From NCBI RefSeq assembly GCF_965261555.1, contig NZ_OZ253465.1, positions 166,633 through 230,632 on the forward strand: a DNA stretch of 64,000 bases, in the 5' to 3' direction. The translations under genes were made by a program, and so were the position numbers. The DNA comes from Candidatus Palauibacter sp. (GTDB taxonomy: Bacteria; Gemmatimonadota; Gemmatimonadetes; Palauibacterales; Palauibacteraceae). Under the pieces are notes generated by a model, which ran no database searches, was not told the DNA's origin, and worked only from the letters and a program-made list of their open reading frames with translations. The stretch's first letter is position 1. Every line of letters begins with the position of its first letter. Below, one piece after another: positions 59,150-64,000 of this stretch.

Positions 59150-60238
59150 TCACCGTGCGGATCCTTCCGACGCCGACGTGTCCGCCATGCGACGGAATTC
59201 GGCGGCATCGGAGGTGATCCGGAGGCATTCGTCGAAGTCCACCTGCCGCCGGACATACAGCCGGTGAAGCGCATCGTTGAGCGTCCGCATGCCGAACCTT
59301 CGCGCGGCCTGCATCGCGGAATGGATCTGATGGACCTTCGCCTCCCGAATCAAAGCCCGAACCGCGGGCGTCGCGACGAGAATCTCGCAGGCCACGACGC
59401 GTCCGCTGCCCTGCGCCCGGCGAAGCAGCGTCTGGGTGATGACCCCCTCGAAGACGTGGGCGAACTGCGCCCGTACCTGCTCCTGCCGGTGGGCCGCGAA
59501 AGCATCGATGATCCGGTGGATGGACTCCGCCGCCGAACGCGTGTGCAGGGTGCCGAGCGCAAGGTGCCCGGTCTCCGCGACCGTGAGCGCAGCCTGGATC
59601 GTCTCGGGATCCCGCAGTTCGCCGATGAGGATGACGTCGGGGTCCTGGCGCAGGGCGTAGCGGAGGGCGCTGGCGAAGTCGGGCGTGTCCTGCCCGATCT
59701 CGCGCTGGTTCACGATGCAGCGTTTGTGCGGATGTACGAATTCGATCGGATCCTCGATCGTCACGATGTGGCCCGCACGGGCCGTGTTGATGCGGTCCAC
59801 CATCGCCGCCAGCGTCGTCGATTTGCCCGAGCCGGTGGGGCCCGTGACCAGCACGAGTCCGCGCGGTTTGTCCGCCAGCCGGCCGACGACCGATGGAACG
59901 CCGAGTTCGCGCAGGCTCGGGATCTCCACCGGCACCCGGCGGATGGCGCACGCCACGCTCCCTCGCTGCCGGAACAGGTTCGCGCGAAAGCGGGAGAGGC
60001 CGGGAATCGCGAAGCCGAAATCGAAGTCGGGCTCGCCCGCGAAACGCGCGCGCTGGTCGCCGGAGAGCATCGAACGGCCGAGAGACGCGGTATCCTCTGG
60101 TTCCAGCACGCCGCCCGCGCGACTGTCCGTGAGGTCGCCGTCGATCCGGAGCTTCGGGCGTTCGCCCGCCGTAAGGTGCAGGTCGGAGGCACCCCGTTCG
60201 ACCATCTCGCTCAGCAGTTCAACCAGACGTGCGTCCAT
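59150..60238 (-). CDS. pilT: Twitching motility ATPase PilT
   Basis: GASDLHL, GPTGSGKSTT, AALRQDPDVILIGELRD, LGTLHT. Confidence 0.9.
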   Translation of the reverse strand: MDARLVELLSEMVERGASDLHLTAGERPKLRIDGDLTDSRAGGVLEPEDTASLGRSMLSGDQRARFAGEPDFDFGFAIPGLSRFRANLFRQRGSVACAIRRVPVEIPSLRELGVPSVVGRLADKPRGLVLVTGPTGSGKSTTLAAMVDRINTARAGHIVTIEDPIEFVHPHKRCIVNQREIGQDTPDFASALRYALRQDPDVILIGELRDPETIQAALTVAETGHLALGTLHTRSAAESIHRIIDAFAAHRQEQVRAQFAHVFEGVITQTLLRRAQGSGRVVACEILVATPAVRALIREAKVHQIHSAMQAARRFGMRTLNDALHRLYVRRQVDFDECLRITSDAAEFRRMADTSASEGSAR

Positions 60239-60249
60239 GCGGCCCCCGC

Positions 60250-61761
60250 CTACGCCGGCGTCTCTCTGAGCACATCTTCGAGCGTCGCGATCCCCCTGCT
60301 CACCTTGGCGAACCCGTCCTGCCGCAGGGTGATCATCCCTTCGTCGACGGCGCAGCGCCCGATCTCCTCCGAGGATGCGCCCGCCAGGACCAGCCGGCGG
60401 ATCGCGGGAGACATCGGAAGGACCTCATACAGGCCTTGACGACCCGAATACCCCGAACCGCCGCATGAATCGCAGCCTGCGCCGCGGTAGAAGGCGCCCT
60501 TGCCGCGTCTGCCCGTTTCCAGTCCGACCGAATTCAGGATCTCGGGGGCATAGCTCGTCTCGACCCGACAGTCGGGACAGATCCGACCGACGAGCCGCTG
60601 GGCGGTGATGACCTTTACGGCGACGGCCACGTTGAACGCTTCGATCCCCATGTCCACCAGCCGCGTCGCGGTCGAAGCGGCGTCATTGGTGTGGAGCGTG
60701 GAGAGGACGAGGTGGCCGGTGAGCGCAGCCTTCACGGCGATACCGCCCGTCTCGCGGTCACGGATCTCGCCCACCATGAGGATGTTGGGGTCCTGCCGCA
60801 GGAAGGCGCGAAGCGTCGTGGCGAACGTAAGACCGATCTTCGGACGGATCTGGACCTGGTTGATGCCCTCGAGGCTGTACTCGACCGGATCCTCGGCGGT
60901 CATGATGTTCGCCTCGGACGTGTTGAGTCTCGCGAGCGCGCTGTAGAGCGTCGTGGTCTTCCCGGATCCTGTGGGACCTGTGACCAGAACCATACCCGAG
61001 GTTTGCGCGATCGCCGCGAGCAGCGCTTGCTCCGCACGCGCCTCCATCCCGAAGGATTCGAGGTCGAAGGCCTGCCGCTCCCTGTCGAGGATTCGAAGGA
61101 CGACCTTCTCACCGAACAGCGTGGGAAGCGTCGAGACCCGGAAGTCGATGACCCGGTCGGCGACCGGCATGCGGATCCGGCCATCCTGGGGTATCCGGCG
61201 CTCCGCGATGTTCAGGTCCGCCAGGATCTTGAGGCGAGACGTAAGGGCCGCCGCCATCCGGAAGGGCGGGCGCATGATCTCGCGCAGTCTCCCATCCAGG
61301 CGATAGCGGACGCGGAGTTCGCCTTCGTACGGCTCGAAGTGAACATCCGAAGCGCCACGATGTACCGCATCGCCGAGGATGTCGTTGATGAGCCTGACGG
61401 CCGGTTCCTCACCGGCTTCGGCCGCATCGGTTTCGGCCGGCGATGCCTCGGCCGCTCCCTCCGCGCGCCCGCCGCCCCGCGTGGTGGCGGCTTCGTAGCT
61501 CCGGTCGATCCGTTGGCGGAGGGTGTTTTCCCCTGCTCTCACCGCTTCGATCTCGAACTGGGTGAGGAACTTCAGGTCGTCGATGAGCGCCGCGTCCGAC
61601 GGGTCCGCCATTGCCACGGAGAGCGTCCGACCGGCGCGCCGCAACGGGAGCACGAGGTGCCGGCTCGCGAATTCCGCCGGGATGAGGCGAAGGACCCTGG
61701 GATCCGACGAGAGCCGCATCCATCTCGGGGCCGGGGTGTCCGTGGCTGGCGTGGGAGTCAT
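60250..61761 (-). CDS. pilB: Type IV pilus assembly ATPase PilB (GspE family)
   Basis: In ORF 60250..62442. N-terminal T2SSE_N-like part (LVLPLRRAGRTLSVAMADP), GPTGSGKTTT, and the tetra-Cys CPDC...CDSCGGSGY. ATG 61761 overlaps the comEA stop. ATG 61776 is an alternative. Confidence 0.9.
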   Translation of the reverse strand: MTPTPATDTPAPRWMRLSSDPRVLRLIPAEFASRHLVLPLRRAGRTLSVAMADPSDAALIDDLKFLTQFEIEAVRAGENTLRQRIDRSYEAATTRGGGRAEGAAEASPAETDAAEAGEEPAVRLINDILGDAVHRGASDVHFEPYEGELRVRYRLDGRLREIMRPPFRMAAALTSRLKILADLNIAERRIPQDGRIRMPVADRVIDFRVSTLPTLFGEKVVLRILDRERQAFDLESFGMEARAEQALLAAIAQTSGMVLVTGPTGSGKTTTLYSALARLNTSEANIMTAEDPVEYSLEGINQVQIRPKIGLTFATTLRAFLRQDPNILMVGEIRDRETGGIAVKAALTGHLVLSTLHTNDAASTATRLVDMGIEAFNVAVAVKVITAQRLVGRICPDCRVETSYAPEILNSVGLETGRRGKGAFYRGAGCDSCGGSGYSGRQGLYEVLPMSPAIRRLVLAGASSEEIGRCAVDEGMITLRQDGFAKVSRGIATLEDVLRETPA

Positions 61762-62435
61762 CGCGCCCCCGTGCATACCCGTTCCCGGAAGCGGGCGAGG
61801 GTGCGTGCCCCGATGCCCCGGACGCGGGTGACGGCCTCGGGCGTCTCGAACGCCCCGTTCTCGCTTCGGTCCTCGATGATGCGGGCCGCGAGGGCGGGCC
61901 CGATGCCGGACAGGCTCTCGAGTTGTGCGGGAGTCGCTCGATTGAGATCGATCCGTGCGCCTCCGGGCGGACATCCCGTCGACACCGGCGCGGCGGGAGC
62001 GGGGGCGGGAGCCGAGCGGGGCGCCCCGCGCTCGAAACGGAGATGCGGCGCGAGGCGACGCGCCGTGACCTCCCCCACGCCAGGGACCCGCTCCAGGTCG
62101 GCGGTTCCGCTGAACGGGGCACGTTCCCGCTCCTCGATGAGAGCCTCCGCGAGGCTCGGCCCGACGCCGGGCAGCCGGCGCAGTTCGTCGGCCGGCGCGC
62201 GGTTCACATCGATCTGCTCCCCGTCGGCGAGTGGCGTCTGTGCTCGCTGCTCCCGGGTCAGGGCGGCGACAACCTCGCTCTCGATGCCGTCCAGATCCGT
62301 CGCGGGGTCGATCGTTTCGAGACCGTGTACCCGCCCGGGCTCGGGCGCGAGGAGGGTGCGAGAGATAAGGCTCACCCCCACGAGTACCAGCGCCGCGCCC
62401 AGCGCCTTGCGTTCCGCGCGATTCAGATCCCACAC
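61758..62435 (-). CDS. comEA: ComEA-family helix-hairpin-helix DNA-binding protein (two HhH modules)
   Basis: N-terminal TM, then IDVNRAPADELRRLPGVGPSLAEALIE and IDLNRATPAQLESLSGIGPALAARIIEDR. Confidence 0.75.
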   Translation of the reverse strand: MWDLNRAERKALGAALVLVGVSLISRTLLAPEPGRVHGLETIDPATDLDGIESEVVAALTREQRAQTPLADGEQIDVNRAPADELRRLPGVGPSLAEALIEERERAPFSGTADLERVPGVGEVTARRLAPHLRFERGAPRSAPAPAPAAPVSTGCPPGGARIDLNRATPAQLESLSGIGPALAARIIEDRSENGAFETPEAVTRVRGIGARTLARFRERVCTGAR

Positions 62436-62531
62436 CCCGCACCTCCCCGCCTGATCGGGACCGATTCCTGTTCCTGCCCGAGGATCGGAGAGCGGATCAA
62501 CCCGCCGTCAAACGGTCTCCGCGGACGTGTG

Positions 62532-62586
62532 GGAAAGCGTCAGAAAGCGTCGGGAGGCGTCGGGAGGCGCCGGAAGGCGTCAGAAG
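62532..62586. repeat. Tandem array of ~5.5 copies of a 10-bp unit (RGRARGCGYC)
   Basis: GGAAAGCGTC AGAAAGCGTC GGGAGGCGTC GGGAGGCGCC GGAAGGCGTC AGAAG. It spans the stop of the TonB-like gene and lies ~100-150 nt upstream of comEA. Confidence 0.6.
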
Positions 62587-63260
62587 ATGAAGGTGATCTC
62601 GGCCCAGCCGTCGACGGGGGTCCCGTCGCGCAGCGCGGGCCGGTACTCCCACGCCCGCACCTGGCGCATGATGTCGCGGTTGAACCCCTCGTCCGGGGTC
62701 GGGGGATCCAGTTCGACGAGGCCCGGGCGCCCGGTGGCGTCGACGAAGACGCGCACCGTCACCTCCATGCCGCGCACGGAGCCGGGGGGGTCCCAGTGCG
62801 GCACGACGGATCTCGGCACGGGCGACACGTAGCCGTCGCCCTCGCCCCCGCCCACGCCCTCTTCGCCGGGACCGATCCCCGCCCCGCGCCCGGGCGACGG
62901 CGCCGGCGCGCCGACGGGGAGCAGTTCGGAGGACACCTCGATCTCCGTCTCCCGGATCTCGATCTCGGGCATGTCGACGGCGAGGACGGGCCGCGGAGGA
63001 GGAGGGATCTCGATCCGCCGGGGCACGGAGACCCGCAACGCCCTCAGCCCGCCCCCGCCGGCGGGGAGGTCCGGGTCCACGCCGGGCCGGGCCGCCGCCT
63101 CGAACTCGGGCGCCGGGCGAACCCACGCGAAGAGGAGGAACGCGTGCAGGAGCGCGGAGGCGAGCATCCCGCCCCACCACACGGCCCGCTCCCGGCCGCG
63201 GGAGCGCGATGACGCCCCCCGGTATCGCCAGTCCGGCCGTTTTCTTGTCGTCGTGCGCAC
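62580..63260 (-). CDS. TonB-like energy transducer
   Basis: N-terminal TM (MLASALLHAFLLFAWV), a Pro-rich spacer, and a C-terminal TonB_C-like part (VTVRVFVDATGRPGLVEL...AWEYRPALRDGTPVDGWAEITFIF). Confidence 0.6.
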   Translation of the reverse strand: MRTTTRKRPDWRYRGASSRSRGRERAVWWGGMLASALLHAFLLFAWVRPAPEFEAAARPGVDPDLPAGGGGLRALRVSVPRRIEIPPPPRPVLAVDMPEIEIRETEIEVSSELLPVGAPAPSPGRGAGIGPGEEGVGGGEGDGYVSPVPRSVVPHWDPPGSVRGMEVTVRVFVDATGRPGLVELDPPTPDEGFNRDIMRQVRAWEYRPALRDGTPVDGWAEITFIF

Positions 63261-63450
63261 AGCTCCGATCCGACTCCAGAAGGGTCCCGAGGCCGCCGGG
63301 ACGGCGTCACGGGGCGGTCAGCGGCTCCCCGCCAAGACATCGTACGGAACGCCGCCGTTCCGGGTTCCCGGCGCTTGCCGGCCGGTCAGACTCTCCGGCA
63401 CATTGTGCGCCACCCGACACGTCTCCATCCAGGAGCCATCTTCCGCCTCC

Positions 63451-64000
63451 ATGAAAGCGATCCGCAAACCCGGGCCGGCCCCCGGCCTCGTGATGTGCGA
63501 CGCGCCGGTGCCCGAGATTCGTTCGCGCGACGTGCTGGTCAAGGTGCGGCGGGCGGGGATCTGCGGCACGGATCTCCACATTCACCAGTGGGACCGCTGG
63601 TCGCAGCACCGGGTGAATCCGCCGGTCATCCTCGGCCATGAATTCATGGGAGAAGTCGTCGAGACCGGCCGGCTGGTCCGGAACATCGAGATCGGCGACC
63701 GCGTCTCGGCGGAAGGGCACCTGGTCTGCGGGCACTGCGAGTACTGCGGCACCGAGCAGGCGCACGTGTGCCGGGACACCCGGATCATCGGCATCGACCG
63801 GGACGGCGCGTTCGCCGAGTACGTCTCCATCCCGGCGGCGAACATCATCCACGTCCCCGATGCCATCGACGACGATCTGGCGGCGGTGTTCGACCCGTTG
63901 GGCAACGCTTTCCACACGGTTTTGCACACGGAGGTGGCGGGTCGGGTCGTCGCCGTGGTCGGCTGCGGCCCGATCGGCCTGTTCGCCATCGGGATCGCGC
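63451..64000 (+). CDS. tdh: L-threonine 3-dehydrogenase, 5' part (runs off the right edge)
   Basis: Not in the track because there is no stop. Hand translation gives MKAIRKPGPAPGLVMCDAPVPEIRSRDVLVKVRRAGICGTDLHIHQWDRWSQ...ILGHEFMGEVVETG...GDRVSAEGHLVCGHCEYCGTEQAHVC...FDPLGNAFHT...VVGCGPIGLFA. It closely parallels known Tdh proteins. Confidence 0.85.
   Translation, partial: MKAIRKPGPAPGLVMCDAPVPEIRSRDVLVKVRRAGICGTDLHIHQWDRWSQHRVNPPVILGHEFMGEVVETGRLVRNIEIGDRVSAEGHLVCGHCEYCGTEQAHVCRDTRIIGIDRDGAFAEYVSIPAANIIHVPDAIDDDLAAVFDPLGNAFHTVLHTEVAGRVVAVVGCGPIGLFAIGIA

Overview
High-GC bacterial chromosomal segment from a diderm. Gene content suggests a Gemmatimonadota-like organism, but that is a low-confidence impression.

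Left part: a truncated IS1380-family transposase at the window edge, then pilD, a TrmH-like methyltransferase, thiD, a deoC + two-domain aldehyde dehydrogenase pair, and katG.

Positions ~9.0-24.6 kb form a heavily rearranged accessory island that looks more AT-rich by eye. It is built from repeated cassettes. Each cassette has a short ORF for a Cys-rich, signal-peptide-bearing mini-protein placed directly 5' of a 6-bladed beta-propeller-type gene. Each also has a thioredoxin-fold element (free-standing, fused to the propeller, or possibly fused to an anti-sigma factor) and a dedicated regulator (two ~87% identical AraC-like paralogs, or an ECF sigma/anti-sigma pair). Gene relics of propellers, a katG 3' end and a PNP 3' part mark repeated segmental duplication. 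This island is my candidate for an undescribed system.

Right part is ordinary core genome:
- PNP + nupC, dnaK, htrA, tRNA-Leu(TAG), tig-clpP-clpX-engB
- a DUF1214-like/sulfotransferase/SDR/SRPBCC block
- a sigma54 activator, a gcvT-mogA fusion, argF, hslVU, xerC, topA, aroK, aroC
- a complete type IV pilus supercluster (pilQPONM, three minor pilins, pilA, pilC, pilT, pilB, comEA)
- a TonB-like gene and the 5' part of tdh

No rRNA, CRISPR array or prophage was seen. Many long ORFs in the track are antisense shadows typical of high-GC DNA. Start codons are often uncertain because the track translates GTG/TTG starts as M.
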